Shown: piece by piece, positions 19,109-27,833 of the stretch | Layout of the letters: each line of letters starts with the position of its first letter | How positions within the stretch are numbered: the first letter of the stretch is position 1 | Virus record (IMG/VR): IMGVR_UViG_3300042997_002652 | Location: 32,001-96,000 of that record | DNA length: 64,000 nt | Reading direction: 5' to 3' (one strand) | Source: a virus | Lineage: Duplodnaviria; Caudoviricetes | Made by a program: the position numbers and the translations under genes | Notes under the pieces: generated by a model | Databases searched by the model: none | Told to the model about the DNA's origin: nothing | Seen by the model: the letters and a program-made list of their open reading frames with translations, nothing else

Positions 19109-19314
19109 CTATCATCACCGTAATCCAATCGTTCATGAGTTTCTTCCCATTCTTCTTTTATAAGTCTAGACAGTTCCAAAGAGTACTCATTTTTTTGCTT
19201 TTGCATTTCAACAAGTTTTTGTTTATTGTAATTCTCGTCTTTCATAGCTGCTTGTATCAGAGTAGTAAGACGGTTAATATTTTCTCGCACAAACTGAATT
19301 CTACTTTTATTCAT
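19105..19314 (-). CDS. Small coiled-coil hypothetical protein
   Basis: 69 aa, ATGA-coupled to the dpdL-like gene. Confidence 0.55.
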   Translation of the reverse strand: MNKSRIQFVRENINRLTTLIQAAMKDENYNKQKLVEMQKQKNEYSLELSRLIKEEWEETHERLDYGDDR

Positions 19315-19327
19315 ATCTTTTCTCTTG

Positions 19328-20884
19328 TTAACTAATACTAAATAAATCAGGATTACCCCACTGCGGTAATACTTTCTTTTCTAACTTATCTATTACCATT
19401 TTATCATGAAGGTCATCACCCTCAAAATTATCCGTAAGTGTAGTCATGTTGTTTACTGCTTTCTTACCAGAAAAGCCCTGACTTCCTGACTGCATTTGCA
19501 TCCAAAACTTGTTATACTGTTCAATAGTATCTAAACTTTCTTGTCTAGTTTTTTTACTAAAGATTTCATCTACGATGTCATTAAAGTGTTTGGGTTCAAA
19601 CTTGTTCATAATCATTTTTGGCATAATGCCCTGCTCGTACCTACGATTAGCTTCTTGAACAGCATAGATGTGTTGATACACATTATGGGCTTGAACTAGT
19701 GTATAACTCAAAGTATCCCAACTTGTTTTAGTTTCTTTACCATGCTGTCCCAAAAAGCCATGACCCCTATAACACAAGTCCTTAATAAGCATTTTATCAG
19801 TTACAGGAGAATCAGTAAATATTTTATGGATGCCGTCAGCTAAAACTGCGTCACTAAACTTTCTATTATCTGTATCATAGTTTTTATTTTCAGCAGTTTT
19901 TTCCATTGAATAGGACCATTTCTTATCATGTTCAATAGAATTATTAAAGTAAACCAAACCTTTTGCTGCTGCGAAAAACGGGCTAGCACAGTCAAATGTA
20001 ATTTGCAAGTTTGGATTGTGATACTTTCTAACTGCACGTTGAATGTCAGTAAACAGAACCGCATACTCTAAGATACTAGTACCCAAACAGTGAATAAGAT
20101 CGTGTTTACCTGTTTCTAGTAATCCATCGTAAATCATGTTTACTATACGTTTGAGCATCAAGTGAATGTCAATTTTATTCTGACCACCAAACGCCCAACC
20201 GTTAAAGTGATTAGTTGGATATACTTTTGGATCACAGTACTTTTTCATTTCAGCATACCATTCATCACTTTGAGTATGAGTTAATCCTTGAAGTACGTTT
20301 AATAACTTACATTCGCCTGTTCTGTTATTGATAAAATACTCATTGTTGATATGAGTAGCTGCAACAGCTTGTTCTATTGTAGAAATACCGTGCTTGTCAA
20401 GTAAGTGTTTGTTTCTAAGAGTTTGAGTAGGAACGTCAAGACACATACCATAGTCCATATAAGTATCCATCCATTTTAGTACTAGTTGACGCTGCTTCAT
20501 AGCTTTAGGACAGTTAGGATCTTTCCAATCAGCTGGCCATTGCCCCTTCATAATCTGAAATCCACCTGAGTCGCCTAACATGAAAGTACCCTTTTCACGC
20601 TTTCTGATAATTGACTCACTTGGATCATCTTTAGTAATGTCTAGATTAGCGTGACCTGCAGAATACAAGCCCCATTTGTACTTGTACAAACCCTGAGTAG
20701 AGTTCAAGAAGTTAAGTGGTTCTACGTCACCATTAAACCCTTGAGGAATTCTAGCAGCATCAAAGTACTGCTCACCTTCTCGTTGTTTGCCTAATCCTGC
20801 GATAAAGAATGAAGACACTGCCGGTAAGAACAGTGCCCATTCTGGATTGTGTGCGTTAGTAAGATTATGCTGGATCTGATCCAT
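19328..20884 (-). CDS. dpdA: TGT-fold guanine transglycosylase, DpdA-like
   Basis: TGT motifs in the correct order: LGDSGGFQ, CLDVP, VLQG, GWAFGG, IHCLG, ITFDCASP. No CxCxxC zinc site of tRNA TGTs; lies next to the Que genes. Confidence 0.7.
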   Translation of the reverse strand: MDQIQHNLTNAHNPEWALFLPAVSSFFIAGLGKQREGEQYFDAARIPQGFNGDVEPLNFLNSTQGLYKYKWGLYSAGHANLDITKDDPSESIIRKREKGTFMLGDSGGFQIMKGQWPADWKDPNCPKAMKQRQLVLKWMDTYMDYGMCLDVPTQTLRNKHLLDKHGISTIEQAVAATHINNEYFINNRTGECKLLNVLQGLTHTQSDEWYAEMKKYCDPKVYPTNHFNGWAFGGQNKIDIHLMLKRIVNMIYDGLLETGKHDLIHCLGTSILEYAVLFTDIQRAVRKYHNPNLQITFDCASPFFAAAKGLVYFNNSIEHDKKWSYSMEKTAENKNYDTDNRKFSDAVLADGIHKIFTDSPVTDKMLIKDLCYRGHGFLGQHGKETKTSWDTLSYTLVQAHNVYQHIYAVQEANRRYEQGIMPKMIMNKFEPKHFNDIVDEIFSKKTRQESLDTIEQYNKFWMQMQSGSQGFSGKKAVNNMTTLTDNFEGDDLHDKMVIDKLEKKVLPQWGNPDLFSIS

Positions 20885-21220
20885 TATTGTCCTTTAGTAG
20901 TATTTTTACTATCTGTATCTTTTCTTCAATATCAGCTTTTTGTTTTAAAAGATCAGCAAAAGTGGGATTGTCTTTTAATTTTTCTATTGCTTTTTCTTCT
21001 GCCATTTTTTACTGGCCCAGTCCATAATCATTCGTGTGTTATAGTCAATATCTATATTAACTGTAGATGATATTTTATACCAAGACGAACCATCGTAAAC
21101 TTCCATATCTGTCCCGTTATATCTAACCATGCCAGCACTATGATTATTCAAACTTACATACGGGCCTGAAGAGCCGCCAGTACTTAATAATCCCAAACCT
21201 GTTGCTATCTTTGTAATCAT
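20865..21220 (-). pseudogene. Conserved small protein split by a 1-nt frameshift at an A6 run
   Basis: ORF 20984-21220 ends ...DWASKKWQKKKQ*. One more A at 21005-21010 joins it to MAEEKAIEKLKDNPTFADLLKQKADIEEKIQIVKILLK (21005 to 20865), giving a coherent coiled-coil tail. Confidence 0.55.
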
Positions 21221-21951
21221 TTTGACATTGCAGGAAGAATGTAAGAGTACACAGCTAAGCCTGAATCTACTGTGATTTCAGCAGCACCCTGATCAGAGAT
21301 TTTAACTGTTTTATCGCCGGGCAAGTCCATGATAGAAAGAAACACTTTTACAGGCCATTGCCAAGCTTTGGTCATAGTACCAGTTACACCTGCATGAAAC
21401 ACAAAGTTACCTGAGTGAGTAGAAGGATCACCAAAATAAATTTTCAAGTTTCCGCTTTCTGTTTTAGTTGAAAACGTTACTTCTTCACTGTTAGCAGAAG
21501 CTTGCATTTTCAAACGCATAATACCAGCTACTGTGGGTTCAAATTCTACGTTCCAAGCTGCACCCTTAAATGTAACAGTTTTTACTTTGCTTTCTACAAT
21601 TTCTTTAGACATAAGTCTGTAATCATTTACAAAGTCGTTATTCTTTGTAGCAAAGTGAATAGTAGTAGGAACGTCTTCACTATCTCTTGTTTCTCTAACA
21701 ACACTGATAGAAGCATTTTCGTCATACTCAGCTTCAAAACCTAAAATAGTTTTAAGCTTGCCTAGATTGGGCATACCAAAAGTACCAATAGCATCAGCGA
21801 TTGGATGCTTAAAAGTGCCACTGATAATAACGGTCTTATCTTCTGCCATTGCTTCGATCTTAGTAACTTGATCAGTGCCTGTTACTTTTACTAACTCCAC
21901 TACTCCCAAGCCATGTGTATGCTGGATCAAATCTTGTAAAAAATCTTTCAT
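21217..21951 (-). CDS. DNA polymerase sliding clamp (gp45-like)
   Basis: 244 aa alternating beta/alpha clamp-like pattern; GTFGMPNLGKLKTIL; ends YSYILPA; adjacent to PolB. Confidence 0.65.
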   Translation of the reverse strand: MKDFLQDLIQHTHGLGVVELVKVTGTDQVTKIEAMAEDKTVIISGTFKHPIADAIGTFGMPNLGKLKTILGFEAEYDENASISVVRETRDSEDVPTTIHFATKNNDFVNDYRLMSKEIVESKVKTVTFKGAAWNVEFEPTVAGIMRLKMQASANSEEVTFSTKTESGNLKIYFGDPSTHSGNFVFHAGVTGTMTKAWQWPVKVFLSIMDLPGDKTVKISDQGAAEITVDSGLAVYSYILPAMSK

Positions 21952-21995
21952 TTTATTTCCTCTTGTATGAAATTATTTAGGTATTTCTATTATGT

Positions 21996-22024
21996 ATAAT
22001 ATAGGATTTTATTGCGTTTGTCAA
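21996..22024 (-). promoter_or_regulatory. Sigma70-type promoter, with a late TAAATA at 21974-21979
   Basis: TTGACA-N17-TATTAT. Confidence 0.65.
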
Positions 22025-22032
22025 CTGTTCGT

Positions 22033-24735
22033 TCAACCAAAAGAAAACAAACTATCAAATGTAGTATTTGTGTCTGTGTTACTTTTCAAGTCCCAGTTTA
22101 GTACACCTAATAGGTTTTCAATCTTTTTATCTACTAGTGTAGTTTCCATTAATGAGTCATCAAACGGTAATTGTTTGAACCAATCTGGAAGTCTAAGCTC
22201 ATCTGTAGGATAAGCAATGGAAGTGAATCCTAACGGATTGGTTTTAAGCTTACACACAACAACTTTCATACCATCTAAAATAGTCATAGAATAATTGTCG
22301 CTATGTGCCTTTTTAAGAAAGTTCCAATTGATAGCTGCACGAACATGCCCCGGCATAGTAGCCTTACCTTTTTTACTTCTAGCTTCTAGTTCGCCGTAAA
22401 AAGTAAGCTTGTTTACTGACTTAGGAGAACCCTTAGTCCAACTAGGCTGTTCGGATAGTTCTCGCTTAAAATCTTTGATACGTTCTATAATATCTTCTTT
22501 GGACTTATTGCTTAGAACCATAGTAAGAACGTCTAGTAAAAACTTTTGAATATATTTAGGCGTATCTGATCTTTTTAGTTCAAGACCCATAGCTTTAATA
22601 TCACCCGTTTTACCATTTACGTCTTTACGCTTGCCTTCTTTGTCATAGATATTTACCGCATAACGCTTTTTCTTGATAAACAAGCCCACGTCACCTATGA
22701 TTTCTCTGCCACCTTTAATGATAGCACCGTTCTTTCTTGGACAATGACATGCACGTTCCATGAACCCGGGAAAGCTATCGTTAACTTGATCAGCAATATT
22801 ATCATATAATTGGACAACTAGTTCTTTGTTCCATTCCATCTTACCTGCGTTAACTTCTTGCTCAATAATAGGCCAAGCTGAAAAATAACCTGAGTCGGTA
22901 TCAGAGTATATCATAGATTCGCCTTCATGATTGTAAGCACCTGTTATAATCTCATTGATCTGAGAATTCATGTGCTTAACAATTTGTCTACCAGTTAAAG
23001 TAACTGACTGACCCAATCGTTTGTCATAGAACCTACAGTGTTCATTTAAGAGTGCACCATAAGCAGAGTTAAGCAAAATCTTTCTTACCAACTGTCGCTT
23101 GTCATAATACTCTTTATCTGTTTCAGTAGTAGCTTCTTTTAGTTTTTTCTGCAAGTCTTTACGTTCAGCATACCAACGAGTAAGTAGACCGGGAATAACA
23201 CCTTCTTGATCACTTCTAAATATAGTACCATTAGCTGATAACATATACGGACTGTGTGAATCAAAAATCATTTTCCATATTTCAGCAGCAGACATTTCTT
23301 GTGATCTACCATCTTCAAAGTCAACAATAAGCATTGTGCCGCGTTCTTGATTCATTACTGAAGTATATTCTAGTGAACCAAACAATCCTTCCCAAAGCAA
23401 TGAACTCATGTCAAGTTCATCATCTTCGTCATAGTTTCGCTTTTCTTTAGCTAGTTCCATTGCTCTATCGTGTAAGAACTTTTCAGTATGTGTTTGTCTA
23501 ATTTGCCCTACAATTGTTTCTGGGGCCATGTTCAAAGCACGAATTGTTGAAGGATACAGTGAGTTAATATCTATAGCTCCCACCCAGTAATGCAATCCTT
23601 TCTTTGGTTGGGCAACATAAGCACCAGCAGCAGCCATTTCGCCTGAATGACCTCTTTGCTTATCTGGCACGATAAGACCTCTAGCATGTGCTTCATTATA
23701 GATAGCCATTTCAATCATAGCTACTGAACCCATTACTGTTGGTAACAATACTGTATTTTCGTGTGCTAGTTGATTAGCCAACTCTAAGAATTTTAGCTTG
23801 TTGTGAATCTTTACTACAAGCATAGTGTCTTGGCGGTTATATCTAATGAATTCTTTGAAGTCACGATTGTATAGTTGATCTAGTGTGCCTTCATATGGAG
23901 TTTTTGTTTCACCAACTTCCATTTCCCCGATAGCATCTAACGAGTAACTGTGTCTGGATTCATAGTTGTACTTTTTATACAACTGAAGATAGTCCATATG
24001 AATTCTACCTACTAAGTCATATGTTTGTTCTTCTTTACCAAATCGTTCGTAAGTTCTTGGTTTAGGTAATTGCCCCATTAAACAGAACTTTCTAGTATCA
24101 TCTTTACTCATGATCTTAGTTACTCTGTTTACTATATATGGAATATCAAATCCTTCTGAGTTCCATCCTGTTAACACATCAGCATCTTCAATTATTTGAA
24201 AGAAAGTTTCAAACATTTCTATTTCACTACGAAACAAAAAAGTGTTTGGAAATTCTGCTACTAGCTCTTGTGCTGTTTCGTCTGTTATGTGTTTAGGTGG
24301 AATAGCCAAACATATAAGTTGATCTAACCAATCCAAGTACAATGCAATTGCTGTCACTGGACTAAAAGGATCACTAGTAGGCGCGTATCCGCGTTCTGGG
24401 GAAAAATCAACCTCAATGTCAAAAAACGCTGTGTGAAGTTTTGGAGCTTCTACACCTAAATAGTTGTCAGATAAACATCTAAAAACAGTGTTAACATCGC
24501 TTTCAAATAACTTCTTACCCGAGTGTATACGCTTTTCTTTTTCAAATTCGCTTTTCTTTCTAGTAGAAAACCTACTTAAAGAGTCACGATAGATAGAACG
24601 ATACTTGCCTTTAGAGTCGGGATAATAAAATACATAGTTAGCAGGGAACTCCTGATAGCTTCTAGTGCCATCAGAAGTTCTTTCTATCACATGTATGCGA
24701 TCATTTTTTGCATCATTGATTGCATCAACATACAT
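22033..24735 (-). CDS. Family B DNA polymerase (gp43-like)
   Basis: Exonuclease motifs FFDIEV, GWNSEGFD and YNRQD; polymerase motifs DINSLYPS, KILLNSAYG, YSDTDS and KKRYA; start moved to MYVDAI. Confidence 0.96.
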   Translation of the reverse strand: MYVDAINDAKNDRIHVIERTSDGTRSYQEFPANYVFYYPDSKGKYRSIYRDSLSRFSTRKKSEFEKEKRIHSGKKLFESDVNTVFRCLSDNYLGVEAPKLHTAFFDIEVDFSPERGYAPTSDPFSPVTAIALYLDWLDQLICLAIPPKHITDETAQELVAEFPNTFLFRSEIEMFETFFQIIEDADVLTGWNSEGFDIPYIVNRVTKIMSKDDTRKFCLMGQLPKPRTYERFGKEEQTYDLVGRIHMDYLQLYKKYNYESRHSYSLDAIGEMEVGETKTPYEGTLDQLYNRDFKEFIRYNRQDTMLVVKIHNKLKFLELANQLAHENTVLLPTVMGSVAMIEMAIYNEAHARGLIVPDKQRGHSGEMAAAGAYVAQPKKGLHYWVGAIDINSLYPSTIRALNMAPETIVGQIRQTHTEKFLHDRAMELAKEKRNYDEDDELDMSSLLWEGLFGSLEYTSVMNQERGTMLIVDFEDGRSQEMSAAEIWKMIFDSHSPYMLSANGTIFRSDQEGVIPGLLTRWYAERKDLQKKLKEATTETDKEYYDKRQLVRKILLNSAYGALLNEHCRFYDKRLGQSVTLTGRQIVKHMNSQINEIITGAYNHEGESMIYSDTDSGYFSAWPIIEQEVNAGKMEWNKELVVQLYDNIADQVNDSFPGFMERACHCPRKNGAIIKGGREIIGDVGLFIKKKRYAVNIYDKEGKRKDVNGKTGDIKAMGLELKRSDTPKYIQKFLLDVLTMVLSNKSKEDIIERIKDFKRELSEQPSWTKGSPKSVNKLTFYGELEARSKKGKATMPGHVRAAINWNFLKKAHSDNYSMTILDGMKVVVCKLKTNPLGFTSIAYPTDELRLPDWFKQLPFDDSLMETTLVDKKIENLLGVLNWDLKSNTDTNTTFDSLFSFG

Positions 24736-24736
24736 A

Positions 24737-25000
24737 TTACTGGACCCTGCCAACAGTCTCCAGAATCGTGTTTAAATCTTCATGATCTTGATTAGTTTGT
24801 GTAAGTGATGACTTGTATGCAGTCTTTACTGCCCGTTTTAGTACGGATGGCTTGATATCTAGCTCTTCTGCAATAGCTTTTATCGTATCCGATAATCCGC
24901 CGTTAAGCGTTTCTATCTCATTTAATACTGAAAGACCCTCATTTATAATCTGGGTCAATTTAGTTTTTTCGTCTTGATTAAATACTCTACCGTTTGACAT
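24737..25000 (-). CDS. T4 DsbA-like small dsDNA-binding protein
   Basis: 87 aa helical; LSDTIKAIAEELDIKPSVLKRAVKTAYK. Confidence 0.6.
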   Translation of the reverse strand: MSNGRVFNQDEKTKLTQIINEGLSVLNEIETLNGGLSDTIKAIAEELDIKPSVLKRAVKTAYKSSLTQTNQDHEDLNTILETVGRVQ

Positions 25001-25106
25001 ATGATCTCCTGTTGTTGTGTAGTATATATGTGTGAATTCTGTAGGACAGAATTTTTCTTAGACTGTTAGTATAGTCTAAATTATTGAATTATCAATCTAA
25101 TTGGTA

Positions 25107-25631
25107 TTATTCAAAGATATGTGGGTTGGCAGCACCGTATATTTTTATTAGTTTGCCAGCCATCATGTCAGCCATTGCTTCTATCGGTGATCCCGGATAA
25201 CTTGAATCGGGTTTAATCATATCTAGGTCGTGTTGTTTTACATGTACTAGTTCGTGGAAGGTAGTTCTTAAAATATCTACTAAGTTTCTGTTTTTAGCAT
25301 AAATCCAAATCTTACCTGATCCAGGTACGTGTCCACCAGTATGATGATTGCCTTGCGCTTCATCAGTATCCATGCTTAGTTCAATTGCGGGTATTTTTGT
25401 GATGTTAAGTTTTTTACAAATCCATTCTACTGCTTTAGCTACTTCAGCAGCTTTGTTATCATCAATTTCTTCATCCAAGCTTTGTATTGCTTTTTTAGCT
25501 ATATTTCTTTCTTTTTTAGCATTTTTTACAAGTTTATCTAGAACACTGTATCTATGTTTATCTAAGGTAGGCAAACCGTATGCTGGATTTTCTTGAACTG
25601 TATTTTCTATAATAAACTCTTTTGCTCTCAT
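25107..25631 (-). CDS. HExxH metallopeptidase-like protein with CTS-like N-terminus
   Basis: LRTTFHELVHVKQ and a downstream E (SPIEAMA); begins MRAKEFIIEN. Confidence 0.6.
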   Translation of the reverse strand: MRAKEFIIENTVQENPAYGLPTLDKHRYSVLDKLVKNAKKERNIAKKAIQSLDEEIDDNKAAEVAKAVEWICKKLNITKIPAIELSMDTDEAQGNHHTGGHVPGSGKIWIYAKNRNLVDILRTTFHELVHVKQHDLDMIKPDSSYPGSPIEAMADMMAGKLIKIYGAANPHIFE

Positions 25632-25639
25632 AATAACTC

Positions 25640-25725
25640 AGTATTTGGTGCTACACTTTGACTTATGGGGTAGCGAATCCTTCAGTCGCGTAGTAGCTCA
25701 CGCACATAACCCCAACGGTCCCTGG
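25640..25725 (-). ncRNA. Candidate small structured RNA with possible pseudoknot
   Basis: GC-rich spacer; UGGGGU/ACCCCA outer stem, GCGU/ACGC hairpin whose loop GCUAC complements downstream GUAGC. Confidence 0.4.
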
Positions 25726-25731
25726 GTATGT

Positions 25732-25920
25732 TCACTTCATTTCTTTAATCGTACCAATAACAGCATCAGTAATGCCATATTGTTGTTTCATTAATTGCCT
25801 AGCCATAAACAAGTTTTGCGCAGTTACAGTAACATCCATATTACCAGTATAACCCGGTTGCTTTACAAACACCCGGGCAATGTACATTTTATATGGTTGT
25901 ACAACGTCTGCTACTTTCAT
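25732..25920 (-). CDS. Small hypothetical protein
   Basis: 62 aa, TAATG-coupled. Confidence 0.6.
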   Translation of the reverse strand: MKVADVVQPYKMYIARVFVKQPGYTGNMDVTVTAQNLFMARQLMKQQYGITDAVIGTIKEMK

Positions 25921-26471
25921 TAATTATAATAAGTGGGGCCGCCACTTTTGCTAGGTGCCATATTATCATAAGGTGATTTTGGTCTTGCTTGTCCCTTAAA
26001 GAACTTAACAATTTTATCAAAACCTTCTTTGTTTTGGCCACCAACATTTTGCATAGTTTCTTTATTTGCCGGCATAACTGTTTCATACTTGCGCAAAAAC
26101 AAGTTAATATCTTCTACCGGTAATTTAGCTTTAGAGCCATCTTTAAAACTAATAGCATAGTTTCCATCAACGTCAAGTGCTGACCGTAGTTGCATAACCA
26201 AGTGCTTTACTTTGTCTTGATCGGCATCAGCAACCGGTTCGTCTTCATCCCAATCGTCAATTTCTCTGTTTTTTGCTTCGTTAGTAGGAGTGTGCGTAAC
26301 ATCAGCTAAGTAAACAGCAATACCAGCAGTAGACTTCAAGCCCCACTTTTCAGCAGCTTTTTTAGCAGCGCCATAGCTTGAACTAGCAGTACATTCATAC
26401 GTACCTTTTTTAACATGAACACACACGTAAGGGCGTTCTGCGTTTTCTAATAAAACTTCTTGGATTTTCAT
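25920..26471 (-). CDS. Modular late protein, putative internal head protein
   Basis: MKIQEVLLEN start; carries a 46 aa module shared with the 48944 protein; CATAAATA at 26495-26502. Confidence 0.65.
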   Translation of the reverse strand: MKIQEVLLENAERPYVCVHVKKGTYECTASSSYGAAKKAAEKWGLKSTAGIAVYLADVTHTPTNEAKNREIDDWDEDEPVADADQDKVKHLVMQLRSALDVDGNYAISFKDGSKAKLPVEDINLFLRKYETVMPANKETMQNVGGQNKEGFDKIVKFFKGQARPKSPYDNMAPSKSGGPTYYN

Positions 26472-26497
26472 ATTAAGTTCCTTTATTAATTTAGTAT

Positions 26498-26941
26498 TTA
26501 TGCTCTATCTGTTTTTAATGTGCTGTTTAACTGCCAAGACCATTTTTCATGTGCATCTAGTCTTTCAGCTAAAAAGTTCATAATACCTTGTTTGTTCTCT
26601 TGCTCTGCGGATTTGAAGCAAGTATTCAAAAGATCAATAAGTTTTAAATTGTCTTGATAAATTTCAGCTATCATTAATTGGGCACGGGGTATCTTTAGCT
26701 GATCTTCTATTATACACAGTTCTGCCATTCGTGTAAAGCTTCCGGGAGCGTAACTGCCCAAAGTTCTTACATATTCTGCTGTTTGGTCAATGGCATTGTC
26801 AAACACATCTTCATAGATTTTCCCAAAAAACTTGTGATATTGGGGAAAGTCTGGTCCCTCTACATTCCAATGAAAATTTTGGGCTTTTATAGCAAAGCCA
26901 TAACAACTTGCTAATAATACTTTTAAATCATCTGATAACAT
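26498..26941 (-). CDS. dps: Dps / ferritin-like protein
   Basis: KAQNFHWNVEGPDFPQYHKFF, DQTAEYVRTLG, HEKWSWQL. Confidence 0.9.
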   Translation of the reverse strand: MLSDDLKVLLASCYGFAIKAQNFHWNVEGPDFPQYHKFFGKIYEDVFDNAIDQTAEYVRTLGSYAPGSFTRMAELCIIEDQLKIPRAQLMIAEIYQDNLKLIDLLNTCFKSAEQENKQGIMNFLAERLDAHEKWSWQLNSTLKTDRA

Positions 26942-26943
26942 TT

Positions 26944-27333
26944 TTATTCCTCAATATCGTCTAAGTTTATAAACTTAATAGGTTGTTTACTTTTTACTGC
27001 TGCTAACGCTCTGTGATTACCATCAATAATTCTACCGTCAGCAATAACGATTATTTGATTTGCAAGATTTTGTTTAGCATATGTTTTGACTAACTTCTGT
27101 TGATAGCTGTCCATGATATCATATAACTCATCTACGTGTTCTATTCTGTACTGTCCTTTTAGTAATATTTCTAATTTATAAGGTTGCATAGTTTGAATTT
27201 CATGTTGAGTATTCAATTCACTATTAGTAACATATTCCCAAAAAGCTTCGTCACGATCGGGGAAATCATTTTGATAAACTTGATTTAAAGAAGTAGTATC
27301 TTCTTTAAGAGTTATGAATTCGCGGGCTCTCAT
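26944..27333 (-). CDS. ParB/Srx-like domain protein with CTS-like N-terminus
   Basis: IIVIADGRIIDGNHRALAA; begins MRAREFITLKE. Confidence 0.7.
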   Translation of the reverse strand: MRAREFITLKEDTTSLNQVYQNDFPDRDEAFWEYVTNSELNTQHEIQTMQPYKLEILLKGQYRIEHVDELYDIMDSYQQKLVKTYAKQNLANQIIVIADGRIIDGNHRALAAVKSKQPIKFINLDDIEE

Positions 27334-27833
27334 TTCTTATCTCTAGTACTCTTAGTAGGCACGTTCTTTGCCTTACCTTGTCTTTCAGGATTTGGATCTT
27401 GTCTACGCTTTCTGCTAGCAGCACTTGCTCTACCTTTTTTACCTAAAGACTGTGCTTTCTTTTGCGGTAAGCATTTTGGCTTACCTTCACCTTCACTGCC
27501 CCTAGCACATGAGCCTCTGATTTTACCGTCAGGACCAAATCTAACCCACTTTTCTTTAAACCATTTACGCAAGTCTTCTTCTAGTTGTTCTTCGCTAGTT
27601 TCATCTATACTTTCTTTTGGCACACAGTTAGGAACCATTTTGCCACTTTTCTTTTTCATACCCACTTGTTTGTATGTATCCCAACATGCTTCATCAAGCT
27701 GGTCAACTTCTTCATCAGTCTTTTTTCTGCCCTGACAATGTGCTTTTTGGCTAAAGCCTTTTGGATTACTACAGTTGATAGAGCGTTTATATTTCTCGCT
27801 CCAAGCTTCTGTTATAAACTCACCAGCTCTCAT
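27330..27833 (-). CDS. Modular basic/Cys-rich late protein
   Basis: MRAGEFITE start, then three short Cys-containing modules each starting after xxE (ITE-AWSEKYK, LDE-ACWDTY, LEE-DLRKWF). Confidence 0.7.
   Translation of the reverse strand: MRAGEFITEAWSEKYKRSINCSNPKGFSQKAHCQGRKKTDEEVDQLDEACWDTYKQVGMKKKSGKMVPNCVPKESIDETSEEQLEEDLRKWFKEKWVRFGPDGKIRGSCARGSEGEGKPKCLPQKKAQSLGKKGRASAASRKRRQDPNPERQGKAKNVPTKSTRDKK

Noticed and set aside
19328-20884. Ordinary tRNA-guanine transglycosylase for queuosine
   Set aside because: It lacks the CxCxxC/H zinc site, is longer and divergent, and no queF/queA is present. DNA targeting is favoured but not proven.
22033-24735. Intein or intron in PolB, or YSDTDS as a sign of modified-nucleotide use
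   Set aside because: Length and motif spacing are normal for gp43-like enzymes, and YxDTDS variation alone is not diagnostic.
25030-25080. Two small hairpins (AATTCTGT/ACAGAATT and TTAGACT/AGTCTAA) as an ncRNA
   Set aside because: Short, AT-rich and at an operon boundary; more likely a terminator or stabiliser, and too weak to call.
25670-25690. Hammerhead ribozyme core
   Set aside because: CUGAAGG does not match CUGANGA and there is no GAAA in the required place.
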